Source of the DNA: Opitutales bacterium
GTDB lineage: Bacteria > Verrucomicrobiota > Verrucomicrobiia > Opitutales > PNEW01
DNA: 64,000 bases
Assembly: GCA_965197745.1 (NCBI GenBank)
Contig: CBDANS010000006.1
Span: forward strand, 224,001-288,000
Direction of reading: 5' to 3'
Positions 1-9,911 of the stretch are shown in pieces. A model generated the notes under the pieces. It was given only the letters and a program-made list of their open reading frames with translations, was not told where the DNA came from and searched no databases. A program made the position numbers and the translations under genes. Position 1 is the stretch's first letter. Every line of letters starts with the position of its first letter.

Positions 1-1251
1 CAATTCGCGGAGGCCCATGGGCCCACGCGCGTGTAATTTATCGGTAGAAATACCGATCTCCGCGCCGAGGCCAAATTCAAAACCGTCGGTAAATCGAGTG
101 CTCGCATTCCAATATACAGTCGCGGCGTCAACCGCTGTCAAATAAGCGCGAGCCGCGGATTCGTCTTCAGTCACAATGGCATCGCTGTGACAGGACCCGT
201 ATTGATTAACGGCACCAATCGCATCCTCGAGAGAATCGACCACTCTCACCGATAATATTAAATCGAGGTACTCTTTATAGAAATCTTCCTCCATGGCATG
301 TTTAACCGGGATGCCATCGGCTTCGACAAGGATCTTTTCAGCTTCACCATCGGCCCGCAACTCGACACCCTGGGCAACCAGGGCTTTTCCAAGATCGGGG
401 AGTAATGTGCCGGCAACATCTTTATGAATAAACAGATTTTCCGCGGCATTGCAGACGCTGGGGCGCTGACACTTGGCATTGACTACGATTTTTTCCGCGA
501 GGTTGGAATCGGCGGCCCTGTCGACATAGACATTACATACCCCCTCATAGTGCTTGATAACAGGCACGGTGGCATTTTCTGCAACAAACCGGATAAGACT
601 TTCACCCCCGCGAGGGATAATGCAATTGATTGCGTTGTCACACCTCAATAAAGTGTTGAGAGCGCTGCGATCTGTTGTCGGTATGAGCTGAACAGCGTCG
701 GGATTAAGGGCATTATCGGTTAGCGCCTGACGAATCAATTCCGCTAACGCGGTATTGGTATGAAAAGCCTCTTTGCCTCCACGCAAGATAGAAGCATTAC
801 CACTTTTAAAACATAAAATGGCACAATCAATAGTGACATTAGGTCGGGATTCATAAATAATTCCAATAACTCCGATAGGCACACGCACCTTGCGAATATC
901 AAGACCGTTAGGGCGTTTAGTTTTCTCCAACTCTTCTCCGACAGGGTCGGGCAATGCTATTACCTCTCTAACCCCTTCTGCCATTGTCGAAATGCGCTCA
1001 GGTGTGAATTTAAGACGGTCGAGCAAAGCCTGACTGAGTCCCGCGGCCTCCCCATCCTTGATATCTTTCAGGTTTACCTCAATAAGTTGATCGGCTCTTG
1101 CATCGATCAAACGAGCGAGGGTGTCTAAAGTCTGGTTTTTCTTATCCGTGGACAGCGTAGCGAGTGACTGTGACGCTTCTTTGGAACGAACAGCCATCTG
1201 CTGAACCATACTTTCAATGTCGTTGGTGACCCTGGTATTGATTGTGTCCAT
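1..1251 (-). CDS. proA: Gamma-glutamyl phosphate reductase (glutamate-5-semialdehyde dehydrogenase), 3' end runs off the window
   Basis: Manual translation of the minus strand from ATG at 1251 (MDTINTRVT...) gives VPIGVIGIIYESRPNVT, LKSGNASILRGGKEA, IPRGGESL, VNASTRFTDGFEFGLGAEIGISTDKLHARGPMGLREL. Absent from the ORF track because there is no stop in the window. Confidence 0.95.
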   Translation of the reverse strand, partial: MDTINTRVTNDIESMVQQMAVRSKEASQSLATLSTDKKNQTLDTLARLIDARADQLIEVNLKDIKDGEAAGLSQALLDRLKFTPERISTMAEGVREVIALPDPVGEELEKTKRPNGLDIRKVRVPIGVIGIIYESRPNVTIDCAILCFKSGNASILRGGKEAFHTNTALAELIRQALTDNALNPDAVQLIPTTDRSALNTLLRCDNAINCIIPRGGESLIRFVAENATVPVIKHYEGVCNVYVDRAADSNLAEKIVVNAKCQRPSVCNAAENLFIHKDVAGTLLPDLGKALVAQGVELRADGEAEKILVEADGIPVKHAMEEDFYKEYLDLILSVRVVDSLEDAIGAVNQYGSCHSDAIVTEDESAARAYLTAVDAATVYWNASTRFTDGFEFGLGAEIGISTDKLHARGPMGLREL

Positions 1252-1295
1252 TAAATTTTACGCAAGCTTCGTTACGCCATAGCGCGACTCAAGAA

Positions 1296-2234
1296 TTAAA
1301 GGCTTATCATGCGGAGGAACTCATTATATCTGTCTACTATTTTGGCCGTGCCAGCGGATTCCAGGCTGTCACAACTGAATGCTTCTACAGTAAGACTTGC
1401 CGTAACCGTAGCATAAACCATGGCTTGTTTCAAGGTGGCAAAGTCGGATCGACCAGCGGCAGCGAGATATCCCAGTAACGCTCCGGCGTAAGAATCCCCT
1501 GCCCCGGTAGGATCGTGCAAATTTGTGACAGGGTAAGCGGGCAGGGCGAAAATTCCTTCCTTGTGAAAGAGGTGGGCGCCGTGTTCACCTCTCGTCGTAA
1601 TGGCTAATTCAGGCCCCAAATCCAACAGCTTACGCCCCGCTTCAATGGCATTAAATTCCTGGGTAAGCAGTTTCGCCTCATTATCGTCGATGACCAGACA
1701 ATCGATTCTTTTGATCAGAGATAAAAATTCCTCACGTTTAGTTTCAATCCACAAGTCTATGGTATTGGCGATGATAAAGGCCTGACTGTTTAGCTGATCA
1801 AGGACATGAAGCTGAAAGGCAGGTTCAATATTACCGAGCATAACATAGTCGGTATCTTTATAATTATCCGGTAAAACCGGACGAAAATTTTCAAAAACAT
1901 TGAGCCTTATATCCAGGGTTTCTCTATGATTAAAATTTTCATGGTATTCTCCTTTCCAGTAAAAGGTGGGGCCTGACGGATCACGCTTAAGACCCTCTAA
2001 ATCGATTCCGCGACGTTCCAGTCTTTCTACTAAATCATCACCAAAGTCATTACCGACCACACCCACCATGCGGACGGAGGTATAATAACTGGCGGCCAGA
2101 CTGGCATAGGATGCCGAGCCACCGAGGATCCTCTCCCCTTTCATATAAGGAGTTATAATGTCATCAATGCCGACCGAACCGACAACGAGCATAGGTTTTG
2201 GATTTGCCCCATCTACAGGTATTCTATCAATCAT
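1296..2234 (-). CDS. PfkB/ribokinase-family carbohydrate kinase
   Basis: N-terminal GGSASYAS and C-terminal DPTGAGDSYAG PfkB signatures. Confidence 0.9.
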   Translation of the reverse strand: MIDRIPVDGANPKPMLVVGSVGIDDIITPYMKGERILGGSASYASLAASYYTSVRMVGVVGNDFGDDLVERLERRGIDLEGLKRDPSGPTFYWKGEYHENFNHRETLDIRLNVFENFRPVLPDNYKDTDYVMLGNIEPAFQLHVLDQLNSQAFIIANTIDLWIETKREEFLSLIKRIDCLVIDDNEAKLLTQEFNAIEAGRKLLDLGPELAITTRGEHGAHLFHKEGIFALPAYPVTNLHDPTGAGDSYAGALLGYLAAAGRSDFATLKQAMVYATVTASLTVEAFSCDSLESAGTAKIVDRYNEFLRMISL

Positions 2235-2336
2235 CGTTATGCTTTAAACTATTATCAGTGAATGCCTGTTCTCCAACAGGCATTAAAATAAACCGCCAAG
2301 CTTGTAAACAGAAGTCACATAGCGTCAATCACAATG

Positions 2337-3006
2337 CAGATTGCAGAAACTCTTTTCTAATATTCATAGATAATTAAATATTCACAATATTACGCGGACG
2401 CAACGGAGTGCGTCCCTCCAACTATTCAAATATTTTTTATGCCACTTGCCTGCCAGGCATAGTCCCGCGGCTACGGAATATTTCCGTTTTCGCCTGGATC
2501 GCCGCGGCTGACAAACAGCCTCGCGATGACAATTGGGACCTAAGTAGTAAAGTGATGTGGAGGTATTGGGTTAGTCCATTGCTGATTTTCCCTTTGTCAT
2601 TGCGAGAAGCGGAGAGACGAAGCAATCCAGGCGAATTTAATTTCGCGCCCGATATTCCATGGGAATGGAAGTATTTAAATACAGATTGCAGAATTTCTTT
2701 TCTAAAATCATCGATAAATAATTATTCATAATATATCGCGGACGCAACGGAGTGCGTCCCTCCAACTATTCTAATTTATTTTGTACCTCTTGCCAGCTTG
2801 GCAAAGTCCCGTAGCTACGGAATATTTCCGTTTTCGCCTGGATCGCCGCGGCTGACAAACAGCCTCGCGATGACACTAGAAATATACACAATATAGGAAT
2901 ATGTAATACATCCTCTCGGTTCACTCATTTGTCATTGCGAGGAGTAACACGACGCGGCAATCCAGGAGAATTTAGATACGCGCCCAATATTCTACATAAA
3001 TGGAAG
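2337..3006. repeat. Tandem duplication of a ~345-bp composite REP-like module (2 copies)
   Basis: Units start with cagattgcagaa at 2337 and 2682. Identical blocks are 2393-2427 = 2737-2771 (35 bp) and 2470-2531 = 2814-2875 (62 bp). Each unit has inverted arms CTGGATCGCC...CTCGCGATGAC / GTCATTGCGAG...GCAATCCAG. Confidence 0.9.
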
Positions 3007-3036
3007 ATTTCTTATCCCAGCGGTATAGCACCATAG

Positions 3037-3762
3037 TTACTGATGCTCTTTTTGAGAAATCTGGTAAAGGACGATGCCGACGGAAACGGCGAGGTTCAGG
3101 GAGTCGATGCTATCATCGTGCGCAATCCTGACAGTCGTGCTGTGAGAGAGAATAGCGGGCGGCAATCCTGCGCCCTCATTACCAAAGACGAGAGAGGAAG
3201 GATATTTAAATTTTACATCGCGCAATTCTTCCACTCCGAGGGGTGTGAATGAATAAACCGGGTGATCATTGAGATTATAATAATCTTCAAATTGATTAAA
3301 ATACTGAAAACGCGTTTGAAAAACAGCGCCCATGGAAGCACGAATGACGCGGGGATTCCATATGTCCGCAGCGGGACGGACAAGGGCAAGGTTTCTGATA
3401 TTCAAACCGACCATACTGCGCAAGACAGCCCCAAGGTTGCCCATATCACCGGGGTTCACAAGAACGAGGTGATGGTCTTCCCTATCCAAGTCTGTGTCAT
3501 ATTTATGGAAAACGCCGAGGGCATTGCAATCTTCCCGGGGTGAAAGATTATCAATAATTCGATCTTCACAATCAAGCGGGAGAGAAAGCTCTTCGCAGAG
3601 TTTTATTATCTCTGAAACACCCTCATTATTTAGCGAACCGGATTTGATAAAAACGTGTTCCACATGCTCAGAACAGTATTTTAATAACTCCAGCGTTGGA
3701 TAAACACCCAGCGAATATGAAAAATCAAAGTTATTCCGGTAACGTTTATACTTTTTCGGCAT
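3037..3762 (-). CDS. TrmH/SpoU-family RNA methyltransferase
   Basis: SPOUT motifs GNLGAVLRS, RASMGA, LVFGNEGAGL, DSLNLAVSVGIVLY. ATG 3762 preferred over TTG 3789. Confidence 0.9.
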   Translation of the reverse strand: MPKKYKRYRNNFDFSYSLGVYPTLELLKYCSEHVEHVFIKSGSLNNEGVSEIIKLCEELSLPLDCEDRIIDNLSPREDCNALGVFHKYDTDLDREDHHLVLVNPGDMGNLGAVLRSMVGLNIRNLALVRPAADIWNPRVIRASMGAVFQTRFQYFNQFEDYYNLNDHPVYSFTPLGVEELRDVKFKYPSSLVFGNEGAGLPPAILSHSTTVRIAHDDSIDSLNLAVSVGIVLYQISQKEHQ

Positions 3763-3916
3763 GTGACTTACGGTATAAAAAGATTCCAAGTATAATTTTT
3801 GCGGGTTTCACCTCAAGAATTGTTAGCTCATTTATAATCAAGTAGAGAGTATTACTGAATATAATTGCCATCATTGCCTATTTCTTCTAAAAGTAATAAA
3901 TCATTCTTTAAAAAAA

Positions 3917-4717
3917 ATGTCTCTAAATATAATAATAATAAAAACCCGAATCCTATCGACGATCCTCCCATTGATCGTAGTGCTAGCCGGCTGCGGGAAA
4001 GGTCAAATTGAAGAGCTCCAAAATGAACTGGCCAATGACCGAGCCGAGAATGAGCGTTTGCAAAAACAGTTAGCTGAGCAGGTTGAAAAAGGACAAACAG
4101 CTGAATCCACTTATTTGAGCAAGATTCAAGATCTGGAGTCATCGCTCACTGAAATGAAAGATCGTGAAAAGGCCATGTACGCTGAGTACCGGTCCAAGCT
4201 ATCGGCCAAAAATAAGGATATTCAAAAAATAAAGCGTGCTTACATCGCCCTCAAATCCAAGGATCAGACCGAGTGTGCCCGTCTGAGTAAGCTCATGGTC
4301 GAGAAACAGTGGGACGAAGCCAGCGAAGGACTCAAAGCCTTCATCAGTGCCTATCCCAATAGCGAATTCCTTGATGAAGCGCAAAAAGATTATTCGCGTG
4401 CGGTGAGTGAATCCCGCCAGCAAGGGACACAGGAATCTGCAGCTCAACGCAGGGAGGAAATCGCACAACGTGATGGGAAACTGAAATCTCAAATTGAAAA
4501 TGGCGAACTTACCCCCGAGCAGATCAAACCCTATCTCATGGGAAAAACACCCCAACAGGTCCGCGATTTTTTAGGGGAACCCTCCAGCACTTACACCGGA
4601 AATAAATGGCGGTACACCGACCAGGTTTTTAATCCCGACAGCGGAGTCAAGAATTCCCTTAAAATACAATTCAATAATGGAGTTGTAACCCTTGTTGACT
4701 ACTGGGGTGGCAAATGA
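3917..4717 (+). CDS. Lipoprotein with coiled coil, TPR-like helix pair and C-terminal SmpA/BamE-like domain
   Basis: Lipobox VLAGC; heptad-rich segment; WDEASEGLKAFISAYPNSEF (TPR-like); GKTPQQVRDFLGEPS..WRY..LKIQFNNGVV. Confidence 0.65.
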   Translation: MSLNIIIIKTRILSTILPLIVVLAGCGKGQIEELQNELANDRAENERLQKQLAEQVEKGQTAESTYLSKIQDLESSLTEMKDREKAMYAEYRSKLSAKNKDIQKIKRAYIALKSKDQTECARLSKLMVEKQWDEASEGLKAFISAYPNSEFLDEAQKDYSRAVSESRQQGTQESAAQRREEIAQRDGKLKSQIENGELTPEQIKPYLMGKTPQQVRDFLGEPSSTYTGNKWRYTDQVFNPDSGVKNSLKIQFNNGVVTLVDYWGGK

Positions 4718-4929
4718 TTTTACCCAATTGCTGATACCCCGTCCCCGATCAGGATCCGCATAGACTATTGAGAACACGTTTTATCCAATATATTATATTT
4801 TTTTATATTGCCTCAAAGACATATTGTTGCCTATAAGGCATTGACGGGTTAGCGCAATCCGACTCGAAGTACCAATTCAATCCAGGTGAATATATTAAAG
4901 TTTTTATGGGGTAAGCTCAGATTTATTTT

Positions 4930-6555
4930 ATGAGTTGTTACATATTTATTACCGGAGGAGTCGTTTCTTCCCTGGGGAAGGGGCTTACCACAGCGGCTCT
5001 GGGTGCCATTCTCGAACAGCGCGGTCAAACCGTTCGGCTGCAGAAATTTGACCCTTACCTCAATGTTGATCCCGGCACCATGAACCCGTATCAGCATGGT
5101 GAAGTTTATGTCCTTGATGATGGGGCAGAAACGGACCTCGACCTCGGGCACTATGAACGCTTTACATCGGGAAAGTTGACTCGCCTTAATAATCTCACCT
5201 CCGGTCAGATATATGAGTCGCTTATTGCAAAAGAAAGACGGGGTGAATACCTCGGTGAGACCGTCCAGGTCATCCCCCATGTCACCAACGAGATTATAGA
5301 ACGCCTATTTGCGGTGGGCAAGGATGTCGATATCCTGATCACGGAAATCGGTGGCACGGTAGGCGATATCGAGGGATTACCGTTTCTTGAAGCTATGCGC
5401 CAGTTCTCTCTCGAAGTAGGCAAAGATAAAGTGCTGTTTATTCATGTTACCCTTGTCCCCTTTCTTCAAGCCGCGGGTGAACTTAAAACAAAACCCTCGC
5501 AGCAGAGCGTGGCCAAATTACGCGAGATCGGCATCCTGCCTGATATTCTTGTTTGCCGGACGAGTCAACCGTTACCCGAAGAACTGCGCCATAAGCTAAG
5601 TCTATTTTGCAATGTTCCCTATAAAGCGATTATCGAGGAACGTGACGTCGAGTGCTCGATATATGAAGTTCCCATGATGCTCGAGGAGGAAAAACTCGAC
5701 GACCTTGTAATTGATCTGCTCCATCTCGATGTTCCCGACAAGGTTGAAGATGGCTGGAAGGATATTGTCCGCCGCCTTAAACATCCGGCAAAGAGTGTCA
5801 ATATAGGCGTTGTGGGTAAATACATTGAGCTGCAGGATGCCTATAAATCCGTTTATGAATCATTATGCCATGGTGGCATTCACAATGACTGCAGGGTAGA
5901 TATACACCGAATAGATTCCGAGTTGCTTGTAGAAAAGGATGATTACCTGCTCCTTGAAGAGATGGATGGTATTCTCGTGCCCGGTGGGTTTGGCAAGCGT
6001 GGTACTGAAGGTATGATAATAGCGGCACGCATAGCCCGTGAAAATAATATCCCCTATTTTGGCCTCTGCCTGGGAATGCACATCGCAGTAATTGAATATG
6101 CGCTCAATGTCATAGGCCTTGAAAATGTAAATAGCAGAGAATTCGACGAAAACACAACGCATCCCGTTATCGACATAATGGAAGACCAGAAACAACTGAC
6201 CGATAAAGGCGCAACGATGCGACTGGGATCATATGAATGCAAACTTGTCCCCGACACACGCACCCAGAATGCCTATGGAGGAGAAGTGGTCCGTGAAAGG
6301 CACCGTCACCGCTTTGAATTTAACAACAAATACATCGATCAATTTAAAGAATGCGGCATGAAGGTAACAGGGATTAATCCAAAACGTAAGCTTGTCGAAA
6401 TAATGGAAATAACTGATCATCCATGGTACATCGGCGTCCAGTTTCATCCCGAATTCCAATCTAAACCCCGGCACGCCCACCCCTTATTTGCCGATTTCAT
6501 CGCCACTGCCATAGTTCCCAAGGAAGAACGCCAACCCGTGCATGATCTACGATAA
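4930..6555 (+). CDS. pyrG: CTP synthase
   Basis: YIFITGGVVSSLGKG, KFDPYLNVDPGTM, GLCLGM, ERHRHRFE, QFHPEFQS. Confidence 0.99.
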   Translation: MSCYIFITGGVVSSLGKGLTTAALGAILEQRGQTVRLQKFDPYLNVDPGTMNPYQHGEVYVLDDGAETDLDLGHYERFTSGKLTRLNNLTSGQIYESLIAKERRGEYLGETVQVIPHVTNEIIERLFAVGKDVDILITEIGGTVGDIEGLPFLEAMRQFSLEVGKDKVLFIHVTLVPFLQAAGELKTKPSQQSVAKLREIGILPDILVCRTSQPLPEELRHKLSLFCNVPYKAIIEERDVECSIYEVPMMLEEEKLDDLVIDLLHLDVPDKVEDGWKDIVRRLKHPAKSVNIGVVGKYIELQDAYKSVYESLCHGGIHNDCRVDIHRIDSELLVEKDDYLLLEEMDGILVPGGFGKRGTEGMIIAARIARENNIPYFGLCLGMHIAVIEYALNVIGLENVNSREFDENTTHPVIDIMEDQKQLTDKGATMRLGSYECKLVPDTRTQNAYGGEVVRERHRHRFEFNNKYIDQFKECGMKVTGINPKRKLVEIMEITDHPWYIGVQFHPEFQSKPRHAHPLFADFIATAIVPKEERQPVHDLR

Positions 6556-6582
6556 AGTCGAGCTACTCCACATAGCTGTTCC

Positions 6583-7446
6583 ATGCTCACCAGTCGCCGC
6601 AAGTTCAACAGATTTATATACTACCTGCCTGTCTCATTAGGGCTTATACTGTTTTTCAGTGCCTTTCGATTACCTCATAATACGGCCCCGGAAATCGTAA
6701 AGCGATTTGATCAATCGTTCATCGTCGATTCACAGGTTGAACCCTATAAAACGATTGAAATCGATATAGAGGGCAATACCGATATTGGAAAAATGCTGAT
6801 AATGTATCAGTACACTGAAGATGCCGTGTATGGGATTTTCCGCATACTTTCCTCGGAGCAGAACGCCGGATTCATAAACTTGACGATTCAAAAGCAAGGC
6901 GAGAAGCCAAAAATATTTCTATACGATCCTAATGAGGATGAGGTTAGTGAAATTAAAGGTCGAAGAATGAAACAGTCATTTGGCCAGACGGCTTGGAATC
7001 TGGAAGACACCCTGGATGATGACAAGGAAGAGTGGCTTCATAAAACAGTCGGCTGGGGTAATTACGGAGGGCAGGACTGCAACATTATTGAAGGTCATTT
7101 TGCCAGTGAAGAACTACAAGCGCAGAGCGCTTATAAAAAACGCCTTCTTTATTTAACCAGAGATAACGGTCTATTAATTCAGGCCGAAGCATTTGATCAC
7201 CAGGACCGGCTGATTAAAACGTTCCGTGCCTCAGAACATGTAAATGTAATAGATGAAGGGCCGCCGCAGATACGTGCCAGACGCATGGAGATTACACACC
7301 ATCTTAAACGTACCATCACCGTGCTTATTGCTATTAAATCACGCTATAATCTTCCCCTGCCTAGAGGATTATTCTCTCAAGAATATTTAAAAAGCTGGAA
7401 CGCCGATACGGATGAGGAAATCCTATCACTGCTGGAAGAAGAATAA
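6583..7446 (+). CDS. Outer-membrane lipoprotein-sorting (LolA-like) family protein
   Basis: N-terminal hydrophobic segment; motifs QSFGQTAWNLED, SAYKKRLLY, EAFDHQDRLIKT, LFSQEYL resemble this family. Confidence 0.6.
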   Translation: MLTSRRKFNRFIYYLPVSLGLILFFSAFRLPHNTAPEIVKRFDQSFIVDSQVEPYKTIEIDIEGNTDIGKMLIMYQYTEDAVYGIFRILSSEQNAGFINLTIQKQGEKPKIFLYDPNEDEVSEIKGRRMKQSFGQTAWNLEDTLDDDKEEWLHKTVGWGNYGGQDCNIIEGHFASEELQAQSAYKKRLLYLTRDNGLLIQAEAFDHQDRLIKTFRASEHVNVIDEGPPQIRARRMEITHHLKRTITVLIAIKSRYNLPLPRGLFSQEYLKSWNADTDEEILSLLEEE

Positions 7447-7489
7447 TTGATCCTGTTTAATATTCCATGCTTCCATAAAATTTCCAGGT

Positions 7490-8125
7490 CTAAGCAGCGC
7501 CGAGGCTGAGCGCTTCCTTCGTTAATTGGACGATTTCCTCAAATTTACGATCATTGACAAGTGATTTGTCCACAAACCATGAACCTCCTACTGCGGCCAC
7601 CGTTGAGAGTGATAAATAGTCCCCGGCATTTTTTGCATTTATACCGCCAGTCGGTATAAAGCGTATCCCGGTATGACCATAAGGGCCGGATAGCGCTTTG
7701 AGCATTTTTGCACCGCCTGCTGATTCTGCGGGGAAAAATTTCAATAAATTCAGACCCAGATTACGTGCTCGATCGATTTCACTCGGCGTAATCACCCCGG
7801 GAGTTAATGGCAGGTTAACGCGTTGTGCTTCCTCCAGCACTTTTTCATCCAGTCCCGGGGAAACGCCAAAACTCACTCCCCTATCGACAAGTTCAGAAAT
7901 GATATTGGCATCGAGAATGGTACCGGCACCGACAAGCATTTCAGGGTAGGTACCACGTATGGCGGTGATTGCCTTAAGTGCCGCCTCAGTACGTAGCGTA
8001 ATTTCGATCAGATTAAGCCCGCAGGATAGCAATGCTTCAGCCAATGGTAACGCTGATTCCTCATCGTCAATCACCACCACCGGGACGACCCTTACTTTTT
8101 CAATAACTTCAAAGGCGGGTATCAT
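7490..8125 (-). CDS. eda: KDPG/KHG aldolase
   Basis: IEITLRT, VGAGT, VSPG, KFFPAE, FIPTGGI, VGGSW. Confidence 0.95.
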   Translation of the reverse strand: MIPAFEVIEKVRVVPVVVIDDEESALPLAEALLSCGLNLIEITLRTEAALKAITAIRGTYPEMLVGAGTILDANIISELVDRGVSFGVSPGLDEKVLEEAQRVNLPLTPGVITPSEIDRARNLGLNLLKFFPAESAGGAKMLKALSGPYGHTGIRFIPTGGINAKNAGDYLSLSTVAAVGGSWFVDKSLVNDRKFEEIVQLTKEALSLGAA

Positions 8126-8197
8126 ATTTTAAGTTATCGTTATTTTTATCGCGCCCGAGATTGTAACAATTGAATTCATCTCCAGTTTTTTTAAAAA

Positions 8198-9724
8198 TCA
8201 GTAACCTTTGCCCCAAACTACCCTGCCTTCACTAGGTTTACCGCTAATCACACATTTCCCTTTTTCCTCATCACGATTAAATGGGATACAGCGTATTGTA
8301 ACATTGAGATCGTTTTGCACCTGTTCTTCAATTGCCGCATCCCCGCACCAGTGTGCCATGGCAAATCCACCATGGATCTCAGGTTTATCTTTATTCTCTG
8401 GGGTAAATAATTCATAAAACGCTTCCTTTGAATCGATGTTTACGGTGTGATCATTCAGAATCTTTTTGGCACGTTCGAATAAATTTTTCTGTATTTCATC
8501 AAGCATCGCTCCAACTTCTTTTATAAATTCATTTCGTTTAAGGCTAAATCGTTCACGGAGTCCTTTATCCCGTCTTCCGACAAATACATTGTCCTCAGCG
8601 ATGTCTCGTGGGCCCACTTCAACACGAAGAGGGATCCCTTTTTTGATCCACTGCCACATCTTATCGCCTCCCCGAATATCACGATGGTCCAATTCGACTT
8701 CTAACGGCCTCCCGTCCCAGGTGATTCCTTTCAACTCGTGGGACAGCTTATCACAGTAGTTTAGAACGTCGTCTCTTGATTTATCATCGCGAATAATCGG
8801 TAGAATCACGATATGTGTGGGCGACAATCGTGGCGGTATGATAAGTCCGTCATCATCGCTGTGCACCATGACAAGCCCTCCCACCAGACGGGTTGAAACC
8901 CCCCATGATGTAGTCCATCCATGTACCTGATCACCATTCTCATCTAAAAAAGTAATGTTGCTGGCCTTCGCGAACTTTTGACCAAAATAGTGTGAACTGC
9001 CCGATTGTAGTGCTTTGCGATCCTGCATCATCGCTTCAATGCTGATTGTTGTTTCAGCGCCCGCGAATTTTTCACTGTCCGATTTTTCACCCTGGATTAC
9101 GGGGACGGCCATATACTGCTCACAGAAATCAGCGTAAACTTCCAGCATTCGACGCGTCTCATCCATCGCTTCTCCCGATGTGGCATGTACCGTGTGCCCT
9201 TCCTGCCACAGAAATTCTGAGGTCCTCAAAAAGAGCCTGGTGCGCATCTCCCACCGCATTACATTTGCCCACTGGTTGATAAGAATGGGCAGATCGCGAT
9301 AGCTTTGCACCCAACGAGAGTACATCTCGCCGATGATCGTTTCCGAAGTTGGACGCACCACGAGGGGTTCTTCCAGTGGGGATGCGGGTACGAACTTCCC
9401 ATCTTCACCCATTTCCAATCGCGTGTGCGTGACGACCGCGCACTCCGTGGCGAATCCCTTCACGTGCTCGGCCTCTTTTTCCAGGTAGCTTTTGGGAATG
9501 AGGAGGGGAAAGTAAGCATTCCGGTGTCCGGTATCTTTAAACTTTCTATCGAGCACCCGCTGCATATTCTCCCACAAAGTAAAACCCCAGGGCTTGATCA
9601 CCATGCACCCGCGCACCGGTGAGTTCTCAGCCAGGTCCGCGGCCCGTACAACTTGCTGATACCATTCCGAGAAATCCTCGGATCTTTTTGGTGAAATTGC
9701 GTTTTTCTCTTCTTTCGCCGCCAT
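8198..9724 (-). CDS. proS: Proline--tRNA ligase (archaeal/eukaryote-like type, no insertion editing domain)
   Basis: DFSEWYQQV, RPTSET, QWANVMRWE, FLRTSEFLWQEGHT, SWGVSTR, C-terminal ...WGKGY. Confidence 0.97.
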   Translation of the reverse strand: MAAKEEKNAISPKRSEDFSEWYQQVVRAADLAENSPVRGCMVIKPWGFTLWENMQRVLDRKFKDTGHRNAYFPLLIPKSYLEKEAEHVKGFATECAVVTHTRLEMGEDGKFVPASPLEEPLVVRPTSETIIGEMYSRWVQSYRDLPILINQWANVMRWEMRTRLFLRTSEFLWQEGHTVHATSGEAMDETRRMLEVYADFCEQYMAVPVIQGEKSDSEKFAGAETTISIEAMMQDRKALQSGSSHYFGQKFAKASNITFLDENGDQVHGWTTSWGVSTRLVGGLVMVHSDDDGLIIPPRLSPTHIVILPIIRDDKSRDDVLNYCDKLSHELKGITWDGRPLEVELDHRDIRGGDKMWQWIKKGIPLRVEVGPRDIAEDNVFVGRRDKGLRERFSLKRNEFIKEVGAMLDEIQKNLFERAKKILNDHTVNIDSKEAFYELFTPENKDKPEIHGGFAMAHWCGDAAIEEQVQNDLNVTIRCIPFNRDEEKGKCVISGKPSEGRVVWGKGY

Positions 9725-9839
9725 GATATCAATGAAATCAGACGCTAATAGGAAGGTTCCCTTTCTGACAACGCTATTATTTCGGTAAAGGTTTTAGTCG
9801 GCACCCTTACAGTTCACCCAACTTTTTCACCGCGTAGAT

Positions 9840-9872
9840 AAAAACAGGCGGTCCCAAGAGACCGCCTGTTTT
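9840..9872 (-). terminator. Intrinsic terminator downstream of the 9912-10720 gene
   Basis: AAAACAGGCGGTC-CCAAGA-GACCGCCTGTTTT perfect stem with A/T tails on both sides. Confidence 0.85.
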
Positions 9873-9911
9873 AACAATAATGACGTATTATATTGTTAGT
9901 ATCGGGTGCAA

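Noticed and set aside
2261..2284. Hairpin AATGCCTGTT-CTCC-AACAGGCATT upstream of the PfkB gene as a riboswitch
   Set aside because: A single stem without a recognisable aptamer consensus; function cannot be supported.
2408..2731. 107-aa ORF (and antisense 2437-2625)
   Set aside because: Lies entirely in the repeat module and has no protein-like motif.
2337..3006. CRISPR array
   Set aside because: Only two units with a ~345-bp period, multi-part palindromic structure and no cas genes in the window.
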